Below, piece by piece: positions 37,517-51,601 of a DNA stretch of 64,000 nucleotides. Source of the DNA: Tubiluchus corallicola (taxonomy: Eukaryota > Animalia > Priapulida); NCBI GenBank assembly GCA_030141605.1, contig JAQGDQ010000064.1:171618-235617 (forward strand). The letters are read 5' to 3'. The notes under the pieces were generated by a model that saw only the letters and a program-made list of their open reading frames with translations, searched no databases and had not been told where the DNA came from. The position numbers and the translations under genes were made by a program. Each line of letters begins with the position of its first letter. Position 1 is the stretch's first letter.

Positions 37517-40500
37517 TTAAAATTGTAAGCAGCGAAGATTACTAAAAGAAAAATACGTTTTTTCTGTAGTGACTAAAATCACTTTCACTTTACTGCTTAT
37601 TTCTTTGCATTTCTTCTGTAATTTTCGCGGTAATGATTGGTCGTTTAATGGTCACAGGCTCACAGCTGAACACTATCAGACTTAGTTATACGTCACTTGC
37701 TACTTTCTAAATGTCAGAAATTAAAACGCTTTTCGCAAACTTTCCTCCTAGGTCAGACTTGTGACGAAATTCCTCATAGACGACGTATGACGTATAGTCG
37801 AAAAGTTATTGTAATTTACTGAGAGGTTGCCAGTAGACGAAATATTATTCAAACTCAAAGTTATGTATCAGAAAAAAGAAGAGCATTGTTTGAGTGTTGA
37901 CTTTGCTTGGCTTTGTTTGGAAAACATGAAGGTTATTTTTGCTGCGAAGCCTATGATGTATCACTCTGTATTATCCATATAAAGCAACAGAAGTCTAACA
38001 GAACAAACATCTTCGAATAAAAAATAATTAGCACGAATCGAACTCTCTTTTGAAATCAATAATCTTGTGAATGTTGCTTTTCGTTAAAAAAAGGTTTGAA
38101 AAACTCACACGTTTTGTTTTTGAGATTTTATCAGCTCTCTGGGTTGCAAAGATAAAGCCCATTCCTAACTTCATTCAAAATGTGTATTACAATAATCTGA
38201 TTGCAATTCTCGAAGTGGTAAAGCTTCGAATGCTGAACTGAAAGGAAGATTTAGTTTGCACTTTCTAAAGCGGAATTGACATTAAGATGAGATAAATGAA
38301 TTGAGAAAAACGAACGCTCATTGTAGCGAAGGCAAAGCAAACATAATGTAAAAAATTTGGTAGAGTTTAATGTTTACGTAAAAAACACAACTTCTAACCG
38401 ATGTTAACTGCCTCTATTGACGTAAAGGCGCCCATAAGTTTTTCATTAATTCATGTTATTAAATTAAACAATCACAAAACGCGTAAGTAAAATGAAATTA
38501 TATTAGATTATTATTTATTTTCCACGGCTATGTCATATAATGAAATTATTAGCCACAATAACAAATACATTTACAAAATACAGTCTAACAAATGCAGTTA
38601 CAAAATAAAATGAAATAAAAAAAATACAAAAAATATTGAGGTATAGAGGTATCGTCTTTTACGAAAAAAACGTAAACAAAATCATTGGTGCTTCAATGAA
38701 ACGTAAAACGTTTAAAAAATGTAGGCAGCCAATTTAATATTGCATTATACAGCACTAATTCAGTCCGCTTACAGAATTTTCTATTTTCACTCTATAAAGA
38801 TCTGAGTAAGCTTAGCTTAACTGCGCAGGAAAGACAAGAAAATGTCAAATGTCATTAGCGCTAAGATAATTACATAGATTTACTCCGAGAAGAAGCTATT
38901 TACACCTAGGAGACTGTGAGACTAAGACTACAGAGAAAAGGTATTTTCAGCTCTACACCTTCCTTGCAGAACAGTCGATCACTAACGGAGGAATGACGAT
39001 AGAATAATGATGATAAATTCGAGTCAGACTACTCCATGAGCGTGTAAGATTAACTTGTCACATAGTTGATAAGTCTGTGAAGCGATGATCAATACTAATC
39101 AACAGTGGATGAAGATTAACATCAGTGGTAACGTTTTTACGAAGGTTCATTTACGAATTGGCATTATAAAAAATGTGAATCCACAAAATGTGAATCGATA
39201 ATTACGTCATTAGCTTGACAATGGTCATTCACAAAAGTCCAGTTGTTATGTCCAGCTTTGGAGGCTCCATTCGGCGCGGTGGCGCTACTGGTTTAGTTGG
39301 GTAAGTGATTTCTAGTCAATAGTAATGAATCAGTCACAAACCAACAATAGGAGAATTGCAAACGCGAGAATTGATTAGTGGTGCATTGAAATGTACGAGG
39401 AGTAGCGGAGAAATTTCTTTATACTGATAAATCTGTTGACTAAATGATGTAAGAGCGTAATAGATACAACGCGTACTTCATGCAGAAAGCTAGAAATTTA
39501 AGTAAATTACTAGAAATCAATAATAAATAGTTTTAATAACAAATAGTTTATTGATGAACAACGCTATACAATATACAATATAATGTACATAAAAAATCGC
39601 ACACAGCATCCCAACACTTGGGTATAGTAGTAAAAGTAATATTGTAACAGTAAAAGAAACAGCAGAGTTTAAACAGTAATACAGTATTTACACATTTGCA
39701 AAAACAATATAATTCCAAAATCAAAAATCATAATTCCGAAATCAAATGTAAAAGCGATCAACAGAATATTACCGCTTGCACCTGTTATTAACTGTAGACC
39801 GCTTTTAAATGTGCGCTTTTATGGTTTGACATTTTCTGTATATGGTTTGATATTGCAAAGTTTAATCGAGGCTTCGAAAGTCTGTTAAAACGATTTAACG
39901 CCTCTGTACTGAGTTTGTACAATGAGATGAACGTCGCTGTTCGATTAATTCCAAAGAAAATCCATGCGTCCAAATTAGTGAGGGACTCATGAAGCGCTTA
40001 GTACTTGCTATGACATTGCAAAAATTTGTAAAACATGTGGCATCATCAGGTGACAAGAATTATGAAGCCCTAGATTTCGCCTTTTACTCCTACTCTCACA
40101 ACGCTATGGACGCATGTCAACATCAAACACATCAGCGATGAAATTAAATGAAACACTACATTGATTATATTCATTAATTATGTATACACCTAGCGACACA
40201 TAGTGTTTAACAGCTCAAGTCGGCGGTCATTGCCAAACACCAATGTGAATTTCTTAAGAAGATAGACCAGATATGGAGTGTTTCTTGAAAGTTGTCTTGT
40301 TTCGTTATCACTAAAACTTATAAACTTTTTAATGAGAAAAGTGACTCAGTTAAATCCCTCCCAATTGACTAAATTGATAAAAAACCGAGGTATTAAATAA
40401 AATTCCTAGCGGATATGAGCAGTCAGGGCACTTTGCATTTTCGGTCTTTTCTGGCTAACGCACAATATATGAGGTGTGCAGGTATTTGCCACGCTGTAGC

Positions 40501-43214
40501 CTGGATTCAATACCTGATATAAATTACATAATGGCAGCTGACGTGAAAATCTGACGCCTATTACAGAATTTTCCCGATGCTTTGAGAGAAAAGACGATAC
40601 AGGCGACATTTCTGTGCTTATGTACCTCCGCCTGCAGAATTTCTTTCAGCTAAATATCTATTACGATTACTATATTTTGTTTGGTTTCGGTTAACCATTA
40701 ATCAGCTTAAGCAAACAGGGTAATGTTTGCGCAGATTTTAAGACGCGACATCCAATCAGGTGAAACGAGGATTGTCATCATGCCAGTGTTACGAGAAAAT
40801 TCACATATTTTGTTGCGAATAACAATAATAATGAGCAGGCGAGAAAATCAAAAGAGTAACTTATTGTTGTACAGCAGCATTTAAAGTAGGTGCATTTTTA
40901 AACCGCGAGCAGTCCAGTTTAAGCCTTACACTGATTTCACCATTATATTAAGCTCCGAGTCATTAAATAATTTGAAAAATAGTACCTGCAAGGTTCACGA
41001 TGCTTGCAGGATAGAGACAGGTTTAAACGATGACATGCTTAAAAAAACTAGGATGGGTCGAAGTAAGAGCAAAAATGTGAAAATTGGGGCTAAGTACTCA
41101 GTCACACACGAGCCAGGCATAGTCAGGTGATAATTAGTGCACACATGTGCATAATAGGCTAATTTACAGTTTTTGACTTGAGTATGCCATACTGGACTAT
41201 GCATAAGTGATGGATACAGATATGCTCGCGGATTTGCATCTGAATTCGTTCAGCTTTGTTATTGTAATGGTGATTTTTTTGCACTTAAATTAAGAAAATT
41301 ATTCAAACAAGGAAACAGTTACTGCAGAATCCAAAGTACAGCAGCCTAAACATGCAAACATTAAAAACAGAAATCGTAAAAAGTTTGGATAATTTAAAAA
41401 TGTGATAATTTTATTGTTCGAAATATCAGCGCGCGAATATTGCTAAAATACGTTTTAAAGAGTAGGCAAAATAATAATAGTTCAGTTTTTAGGAAATGGC
41501 TGCATTTGGAAATCCGCCAAAATACTGAAAACACTGAAAATTTTTCTAGCTGACTTCATTTTTTAATTCTAGTTGTGCTTGTGTTGTGTTGATGTTTATT
41601 TTGTGTTACGCTTACTTTTTTATATTTCTTCTTCTTGGTCTGTCATATCAATGATTTGTACATTATCCTCGCTCTATCTTTGCCCGCTGGGAAAGTGAAT
41701 TAAATTGTTTAGAAGCCTATTGAACGTAATGCCCTGTTTAGCTTTACTGCATTGCTTTCTCGTATTACAACCTCTTCTCTGAGTGAAACTCTAATTAAAT
41801 TACTGGTGTCGTTTGGAGGTTAGAGTTCCCCGGTAATTGCAAACTTAAAAGAGTTTTAATTTAACAAGTTGTATTGTTGTGGCTATAAACGTGCTGGCTC
41901 GTTTTACTTAATAACGATTATGATAGCATTTTTTTTCTGAAAGCACTTCTTCTATTTTCGCCAAAGAGAGGCGAAATTTCCATTGATAATAAATTTTAAT
42001 TGAATTTTGATAAGTATTCATGATGATAATGAATAATAAACTGGTACCCATAAAGACACATGTGTTGAATTCTAAGTTATTTTGTGTATAAATTCTTTTA
42101 GCAATATATTTTATGGAAAATAATATTTTTTGATTTTTATGAAAATCTGACATTCTCATGAGCCTAGTATTATACTTTTAAGTGCGCTTTGTCGAACCGA
42201 GTAGTCCTACATTTTTTTGCAATCACCACTACTTGCTTGGAAATTTTGGGTATACTAAAAATATTTTCTTGTAGTACTTAAATATATACTGTCACATTTT
42301 ACTCCACCATCCATTTGCAACTTAGAAACTTAATTTACTAAACGTAGCAATAAATAATATAATAGATTTCCACTAACTTTGTTATTTTTTGTCCTCACAG
42401 TTTCTCGCCTACTTCTTGCGAAATATAAATTTATTAACAGAACATTAATTTCCAAACAGGCGATCGACCGTTAAAGTTGCCGGAAGTTAAATTTTTAAAT
42501 TTTAAGCAGCGTCTAGACAGCAGAGGAAATAGACCAGAAGCCGGCAACATTTTATTGTGATATCGAGCCTCAAAGGTTGGATCGTTTCTATGATCTTTAT
42601 CTTATAGTTTGGACAGATTTTGATCCACAAAGTGCCGACACACTTTTGACATTGTATCTTTTCCGTATGTTATAGCAAAAGTTTAATTAAACATAATTTT
42701 GACTTTAATTAAGATTTTGGATCTCAGAATAAAAGCCGAGTGTATTAAAGAGGTCAAATTGAACCACAGTTACCATGCCGATTATAATCACTTATTTCCC
42801 ATGTAAGAACTTTACCGCATAGGTGATACTAATGATTAATTAGCTCATTAATTAACATTCTAATTATGACACCGAGTCGTAAATAGTATTTGCATTAGTG
42901 CGTACTGACAACCAGTACAAGCATACTGCTCAACTTCAAACAAAATACTTTTCAACTTTATGTACCTGGAAGATTTTTTAATGAATCGCTTTAAAGTTCA
43001 ATCCCCAGAAAATTACTTGATACACATACAAATACAAGCAAAAATTTTCCAGGCTTTAAATGCCAGTTATAATTACCTGTTTACCTTTTATGTGAAGATA
43101 ATGATGGTACTATACTCACACTTAAATGACTCTATAAAATCTATTACAAGAATCGTATACCTGGCGAATTTTTGAGTAAGAGTACGAGTTTTTTTGCAAT
43201 GTTAATGATTAGCA

Positions 43215-43345
43215 TACTTATCCAGTATGCAGAAGATCTGAGATAAAGTCTTAGACTCCCAGTGAAAGAGTTTTTCAGGGGTATGGTGCAATATGAGCAG
43301 AGCTTTGCTTTAGACAGCTCAGGCTCATTAACATTGCCGACGATC
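43215..43345 (-). pseudogene. Possible decayed BED zinc finger (hAT transposase N-terminus)
   Basis: ORF 43144..43347 contains KAKLCSYCTIPLKNSFTGSLRLYLRSSAY, similar to the BED consensus KAkC..C...l.....TS.L..HL...H, with both His positions read as Tyr. Confidence 0.3.
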
Positions 43346-43717
43346 ATTTAGTTTCCACATTAAAATACTGTAAGCACATTTGTGACATATAAATAAACGT
43401 ATGTTGATGTGTGTTTTATAAACCAATTAACCTAGCAGAACAGATGCCATATCAGGTTTTTGGATGGTAGCACTGGCCAAGCCATGTGGCAGACTCATCG
43501 AACATCATTGTGCCTTGTGGCATGGAGATACAATCGCTACGGGATTCCTGCTCTAATATAAACAAGAATTAAATATTCTAAAAATTCATTGAATGGTCAT
43601 TTGTAAAATTTTAAGCTTTCGCAAACTTCAGTTGTATGTTTACTTCCCCAACCCTTTTATTACGTAAAATAGCTGTAACCATCTAGCTCAGCATATGAAG
43701 AGGAGACATGCATCCAG

Positions 43718-44378
43718 GTGAGCGGTCAAAGGAACGCCGGTCAAAGGTTCACCAGTCAAAGAATATTACCTCCGGTTGCAATCAAAACTTCATGCATTTG
43801 TGTTATTCTTATAAAAACAAACTTTGCTATGTATGTCTTATTTCTTTCTTCTTGTGGTAACACATTGGCTCCAACGGACTGCTACTTTTTGTCTAATGTT
43901 AATTAGTGAAGAAAGGCCAGTTAAAGGTATAAAGACTTGGTTTGCATGGATGACGTCCTTTCCACTTCAAAACAAATGTGAACTTGGTTAACTTGAGTAA
44001 ACCATAATCATCTGTAAATATAAGATATTATTTCTAGACTGTTTTGTTAAAGTTAAAAAGTTAAACTTGAATTTTTTTGTACATTTTAATTTTTTTTAAA
44101 TTTTAATACATATCCAAATTATCTAAAACAGTATTTTGGCTAGTGAGTAAAAGGTACTAACGAATAAATAGTGCAGAACTTTGCGGTTTAACATCTGCAA
44201 ATAATATAATTATTTCCATAAAGCAGTTTTTCAGTTTAATTTTTGCGTGGGTTGCTTATTTTTATTTAGTCAAATGGTCCTTTGTCAGGTAGTCTTTGAT
44301 TGGTAGATATTTGTCACTGTGGTGGTCCTTTGACTAATGGTCGTTTGCCTGGTGGTCCTTTGACTGGTTGTCCTTTGG
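43718..44378. mobile_element. Foldback-type element with arms of (ccagtcaaaggaccac)-like tandem motifs
   Basis: Left cggtcaaagg/ccggtcaaagg/ccagtcaaag (43724-43761); right ggtcctttg/ggtggtcctttgact repeated (44276-44378). Confidence 0.65.
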
Positions 44379-44977
44379 AACTTTCTTAATAACTCACCTT
44401 GAACACCCATTCGAACATTTGAAGTGCCTAGTTTCAAAAACATTTTGACTTTAAAATGTCCTGAAACTGGCTAGAAGCCTTAAAATATACGCAAATCCGA
44501 GGTTAGGTTTCTATAAAAAGATTCTTTTGAAATGTGTGCCTCAGCTATAATATTTCTGATTTTGTTGACTTAATACACTCGTTGCTGTACCTTATTAAAG
44601 CTGTTGTAGGTCGCACTATTATGAGTTCATATTTACAAGTGGTATACTGATGTAATGAACCTAATGTCATTAACGCAAGCCAGGTTAGTTCACTGATCTT
44701 TCCGTACACTATGCGATCGCTACATTTTTACCAAACTATCTAAATGTGTTGCGAATATAAGCAAGACTAAGACGCCATCAGATTATAATTATATAAAAAG
44801 GGTTTATTACTAACATGTAATGTATTTTGCAGAACAGCTAACATGGTGAATTCAATTTAATCAATCTTTAAACTGTATATCTGTAAAATCCAAGTGTATA
44901 ATCAGGCTGGACAATTATAAAATACGCTTACGATAGACTCAGTTTAGTTAACAGTTTGCAAGCTTGCAATTACTCTG

Positions 44978-45600
44978 GAACAGTAAAACAGTGTGAACAC
45001 AATTAAATTTTTATGAGACTGCGGAATTGCAGAACAGTAGAGTAGTACAAATGCTGTTTAATCAGTGTTGTGTTTGTTGTAGACAGTGTGAATGCAGTTT
45101 AATCCGACTTGCAATATTGCAAAACAGTGGAACAGTGTGAACGCAGTTTAATCAGACTTGCAGTGTTTGCACAACAGTAAAATAATGTAAAGGTAGTTTA
45201 ATTAGGATTGTGCTTATTGCAGGACAGTAGAACAGTGTGAACGCAAGTCAAGTTTGAAATTGTTATAGAACGTTAAAGGGCATCCATATGAATCACATTT
45301 GCACTGATTGCAGAAAAGTAGCAGTTTCTGTTTAAAATGCGTTACAGTTGCAGTAGAATAGTAGCATAGTGTGAACACAGTTTGCTCAGAATTGCCGTAT
45401 TGCATAACAATGAATTGTATAAACAGAATTTGCAGTTGATGCAGAACAAATGAGCAGAGTCATCGTAGTTTAGTCAGGTTTAAAACTGCAGTTTCCAGTT
45501 ACTACAGAATGACAAATCGCGCGAGCGCAATGTAATCGAACTCGTTGCAGAATAGTAATGCAGTATGAACGCAACTTAATAAAGCAAGCACTTATTGTAA
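44978..45600 (+). repeat. Degenerate ~47-bp minisatellite
   Basis: Recurrent unit ~aacagtagaacagtgtgaacgcagtttaatcagacttgcagtattgcag; best copies at ~45083-45245, decaying outward. Confidence 0.8.
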
Positions 45601-45967
45601 AACAATAGCACGCGTAGATTCAATCTTTTCGGGCATGCAAATATTTTGTTCTAAATTACTATTGCTGCTGCAGAAATGAAAAACGTGTTTAATAAGACGA
45701 CGTAAGGCGATGTAAACATAAGTAACTTTCCAATATTGTGAAACAGTGCGAAAACCACGGCAGACATCTGTGACATTGCTACTGAACCAAGATTGTCTCA
45801 TGCTTTCTGCCTGGTTTCAATTGATAATGACTGCCGACTGCAAAGTTTATGACGCGTAATTTTTGTAATTTCACACCTTTTGCTGAACTTGAGTGATTTA
45901 AGACAACTACACAGAACGACCTTAGCAACTACCTGCTTCGGAGGTATGAATATGTAATTAGCAATCT

Positions 45968-46065
45968 GAGGATGATGATGGTGATGGTGATGATGATGGT
46001 AATGATGACGCCGACGATGATGATGACGACGTTGACGATGATGACGACGACAACAACAACAACAA
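45968..46065. repeat. (GAT/GAC/CAA)n compound microsatellite
   Basis: Direct inspection. Confidence 0.9.
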
Positions 46066-46239
46066 CAGGAATCTTGAATCAAGATAAAAAAGGGGAATTT
46101 TAATGTACATCTCAAAGTCTCAAAAATCTTTTCATATAAAGTTAGATTATTTTGCACTGAGTTTGCCTGTTTGAAAGACATAATAAAACGTCACTGTTTC
46201 ACAATCCTGGTGTGCACTAAAAAGTGTTCATCAAAAAAC

Positions 46240-46421
<182 letters not shown>

Positions 46422-49400
46422 AATTAAGTAATTTATATTTTTTCTTAGTTAGTGAAATGTGTGCTCAGATTATTTTTCGAAACTTTCTCCAATGTTATTT
46501 AATCTTGTTTAAACGAGTTACCGTTAAAATATCTGCGCCTAACGATTATTGTGGGAGTTTAAATTTTCAAGTTTTATACAGCTTTGTGTGCTACAAACTC
46601 TGTGTGCAATAAGACAACACATATATGTGTGATACAAAATTTCAAGACGAATTTTTTTAGCTTTATGCAATAGTAGTATTCTTGTGCTTTAATAATTGAG
46701 TTAACTATATTCACTATAGTCACATTTCTGTAGTTGCTATCTACCATTTCGTGCAAGTAATAAGACACGCAGTATATTTATAAATTTGTTTTTTTTGCAT
46801 TTTAGGTTGATTTGATAAACTACTATTTTAACATGTTTCTTACACGCTTCTGTATCGCGTCAGCCAACAGTCACTTCCAAATCATCTGTTTATTTTTTAT
46901 TATTAAATTTTATTAGTACATTTATAGCTAAAAGCGAGACTGTACTGATGACATTTGACCGAGGTCTAGGTTATACGCTGTTAACGAACTTCACCGCTAC
47001 GTATTAACTCTGACCGGAAAGCACGTGCATACTGGCTTCATTAGTAGAATTTGTATGTTTCCTGAACAGTGTGACTCGCATACAGCAGCGCCATCTGTCG
47101 TTAAATATTTAAAACTTCTAAAACAAACCTCTTCAGAAGACACATTTTGAGAAGATTAAAAACAATTAGTTAAGTTATACATGAAGTCTCACATAATCGG
47201 TGGATACAAATGTAAGTTGAACTATCTTGATTGTGTGTTTGTGTGATCCATTTATAAAGATTTTTTAATTAAAACGCTTTGGAAGCTGGTGCGCACTTGC
47301 AGCTGAGGCATATAGGTACTCTGCTGAAGTAGTGTTTGCACTTCCACCTGCTGGCAGCTTTTCTAAACTTACATTACAAATTTAGTGAAATCATAGGAAG
47401 ATTTTACTGATGATTTTCTCCTAATTTGACTAATTTAAGCTAAACGTCAACATTTACTTACTAATTTTTACTATTTTATATAATTTTAATGTAGCCTGGT
47501 AAACCTCGGTAAACCTTCTGGGTAGCCTGTTAATACAGAAATGTTATTAAAGAATTGAAATTTATCTTAAACTGAATTAATCAACAAAGAAATGCCTAAA
47601 AATCTGCTGTGAGCGCTGCCCGTAATTAAATTGATATAAAACTCATTTATCCTCGCATTGCGTAATCTCAATAGCAAATCTGACAACTTCTGTCCGGAAA
47701 AAATCTGTCTCGACAGTGTGCGGAGACAATGGATAAAGCGCGCATTCAAATGTAGGCAAACCGCAATAGCCGCAACAAAAATGGACGAAAAAAGTCTGTC
47801 TGTGCAGACAAGGGTCACTGGACATGCACACTTAAACTGCAGATACCGTTTGTATGTATCAGGTTAGAATTATTTCTTCTAACGAAATTTATAGCCCATA
47901 GGTAATTATAGTTGGATTAGAGTTTGGATCTGGCCTCAAACAACCACCTTTTTCATTGAAATTAATATCCTTCTAAATATCCGGCGAAATTATGTTGTTA
48001 TCGATTAGTGGTACCTTTGTATTTGAGCAGCAAGTATAAAATTAGTCATAAAGATTGTAATTGTGCATGAAGTGCAAAAAAGCCGTAATAATTTCTTTAT
48101 CACTGAGTTATAAATGTAAAGTTAGAAACGTTCAAGAGTTTAATATTTTTTTTGACAGCACGGTCATATTTGGTACAACAGTGGAGTTTTGCAAGAAAGC
48201 AACATTTAGGCTAATCTGCCAAAATTGTAACCTTTAAGCTCCAGGTTTATTGTTGTGTTGTTTCATTTTGAAAAGCAGAATATTGTGCAGTACAGTATCA
48301 ATAACTTGAATTCAATTTATCCCATGTCAAGGCACTTTGTTTTCAATACTTTTTGTCGTGTGCTCTTTTACGGTGAAGCCGGTTCTGTGCTGACACAATG
48401 TACACGTGGTGCCACCTGTTATTGACAAGCTGAACTTTTAATGACAATGTCTACTAATTTCTTTTATCGTAACAAGTCTGTTAATACCTTCGTTGAAATT
48501 TCTTATTGCCGAAAAAGATTTTTTCCTGGAAATGGAAAGCTGCCACACGTACCACAATTGGGCTGAGCGAATTTACCATGTGAAATAGACTCGTACGTTG
48601 TAAACTATTACGTATTCAGGCGAGGTTCACCAGCTCACTTACCACGAAGACCGCTTAACCAGTTGTGAGGTTCCAAAAATTTGTTTCTTATATAGCTTAG
48701 AAACACCAAATGTTTGTTTAAAACTGTTTAGCTTCTGTGAGAAGAAAACAAACATTGCAAAATTTGAACTTGTAAAAGCTTTCGATCGCACACTGTAGTG
48801 GCTCAAACTGTGTGCGTGTGGCAAAAGGATTTACACCCTGGGAAACAATTATCCAGGCAGCTTTGACCATGCAGCTTCCAACACATGGCGGTGTGCCGCA
48901 CCCCATTATTTAGTTATTTTTCTTAGAAAGTTTTTGAAGGGCTAAAATTAGACATTACGGTCGTTTTTCTGCACAAAATTCTGTATGTCAAGGCTAATTG
49001 GAAGGCAACAGCTGTGAAACCGCAAAAACACAATGGTTAATTCATTTTCGACGTTAGTATAGTTAACAGAACTCCGTTTGTCATTTGCATGAATCTTTGC
49101 AGGTTACAAGTTGGCCTTACAACAACGCATGCATTTGCCCCTGTATCAACAACTATCTTGTTTGCCGTATATCTGTCTACTTCGTATCTGCGATCTATGA
49201 TCACGGTTCTACCTCAAGTTCCGTTTGCTCCAAAAACGCTATAGTTGGGAGGAAAGATTTACGTTTTGTTTTTTAGCTTAAGCGTCGGGCTTAGCAGTGT
49301 TGAATGAAAGAGGGGGTTACGCCAGAGCATGTAAGTTCCTCCTCTAGTCAGACCGTCAAGTCCTCCGTCAGATTTGATTATTTAAAAACTTTAAACGCAT

Positions 49401-50011
49401 CAATAAATTAAGATTGTCCTTCAAAGCAGTATGGCACTGATCAAACAAAAACGTAAATTATGTAAAGCAATTTTTGTACAGATGGCGAAGCCTTCACTAA
49501 AACACTGATTATTATAAAACTGTAAACGCCTCTTCAGCACTGAGGAAGCCGTTTTGCCGCGGTGCGTTTATTCATCCAAATCAATGTGTTAATTTTTAAA
49601 AAAAATAAATAAATTTGAAAAGAGCCTACTTAAGTATTCGTGTGAATGTATGCGCGTATGAATGAATGCGGTTTGTGACGCACTGCCTAGTTTACGCAAC
49701 AGCCTGCAGTTCAAAGGGAATGTGTAATTTTGACTAGCACGCCTCAAGCAGTAATAAACTAAATTATTTGCAGAACTAACACACCAGACCAACGAAAGTC
49801 TCTATAAATAACCCAAAACACTGGAAAAATTGACCAATGACGAACAAATTACTGCCTTTAAACTTTGCAAAAAAGAAAGAGGCGGAGAAATATAGTGATT
49901 TGTAGCATTTCTTCTCCCAGTTAAAACAGTATTGCAAATTATTTACAATTATTGCTTTCCAGATTTTCACAAGAAACAGCTGTACATACAGCATGCAAAC
50001 AGAAAAGATGT

Positions 50012-50252
50012 TGCAGAGCAACTGTAAAAACAAAAACAAAACAGGCCAAAAGCAAAGATGAAATCAAAACTAACCCCCATGCAAACGGAATGCAAATCTG
50101 TTCACGAAAAATCAAATTAACTTTTCTAGCGATTTATTGCACTCTGCGTGAGGAGATTATTTGAAAGTGCGAATAGATCTGTAAACTGCGGAATGGAACT
50201 TTTCGGGTTTACGCTTCTCTATAAAAAATTTATGGGTTTCGCAGTTTTCTGC
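50012..50252. mobile_element. Degenerate palindromic MITE remnant
   Basis: Outer IR gcagagcaactgtaaaaac / gtttcgcagttttctgc; inner IR gcaaatctgttcac..tcaaattaact / agattatttga..gcgaatagatctgt. Confidence 0.5.
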
Positions 50253-51340
50253 TATTCTCCAAGCTTTTTATAGAATGTGCAAAATTCACTGATAGATCTC
50301 AAGCACTCCCAACCTGCAATGATGTATAGTATGGAATAACTACTTTGAGGAGCATTTTTTCTACAAGATTATCAATAAGTACAAACGTTATGACGTATTA
50401 TTATTACTTATGTGATTTTTATGTTGCAAAATAAAAGAAACTGCTGAAGAGACGATTAATTAAAAAAACTTACCTTTTATTATAATGCATCATTTTATTA
50501 TAACGACAAAAATTAACTTCTACATTATTACCAATTCGGCAACTACTTTTTACTTAGATTAGCAAAATTATTGCTGCGTGAAAAGATATTAAATGGCAGG
50601 TTTGCAACATGGAAAAGATTAGCAGCAAGTTAAGCATAAAAATAGTGCGACAATTTCTAGCCTAAATTTGTTATTAAATACACCTAATTATAAAACAAAG
50701 CAAAACTATTAATTCGTGTTAAGTATTAACATCCTGATACATTTCTACAATTTAGCAATCTCTGTAGGCTACAAATAAATATAGGCCTATTAATGAGAAT
50801 TGGGAAGTTAGTTGAAAATTAATTGAAAAAATAGTCCGTTTGTTTATGGAGTGTTAGCTAATGCTTTTCATGTTGAACATATTTGGTTGATTGTCGACCT
50901 GGGTAACTTGGACATACGTTTGGTTGCTTTGTTAGTAGGTTGGTCATTCAGTCACCTGACGACGTTAGTTTGCTGCGTGGCAGTCTAGTTAGTGCCCTTG
51001 TGCACTACTTCACCTGAATGCTTAAAGCCTGTTTACCACCTGCTTATACTTTAATCTATTGCAAAAATTTGGCGATATTTTTAGTTAATGGAGTTGATGC
51101 CATTTTTTGTTATTTTCTAACTCACCCTTCAACTCTCCAAATCAATACTGGTACTGGCTAACTTATGCAGTCAAATACATCCGTTACTAATTCACGCATA
51201 CACGAAGAATTACTGCGCTCTTTGAAAGATTGTCAGAATTGATCATGTAGATTTAGTCCATCATCTTTGAGAGTTATTGAAACGAAAAATCAGTCTGAGT
51301 AAATTTGTTCACATTGATTGCTGCATGAACGTAGAGTTAA

Positions 51341-51567
51341 GGCCCGTGTCACACAGAGAAAGGCGTAAGGAGCAAGCCATAATCCATAATCCAAAAGTCA
51401 AAGGTGTCTTCCATAAGACGTATGTCATAATCAGCGGTATGGTCCTTACTCTTTGTAAATAGTAAAGCGTTTTGCAATGCATGTATCTAATTGCAGCACT
51501 ATCAGTGAAAAGTCTTGCTTACAAAGTGCCTTTTTAATGTTTATGAGATAATTTTCTTATGAGTTCT

Positions 51568-51601
<34 letters not shown>

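Noticed and set aside
44978-45600. CRISPR-like repeat-spacer array
   Set aside because: Repeats are degenerate, the intervening parts are homologous to each other, there are no cas genes, and the context is eukaryotic.
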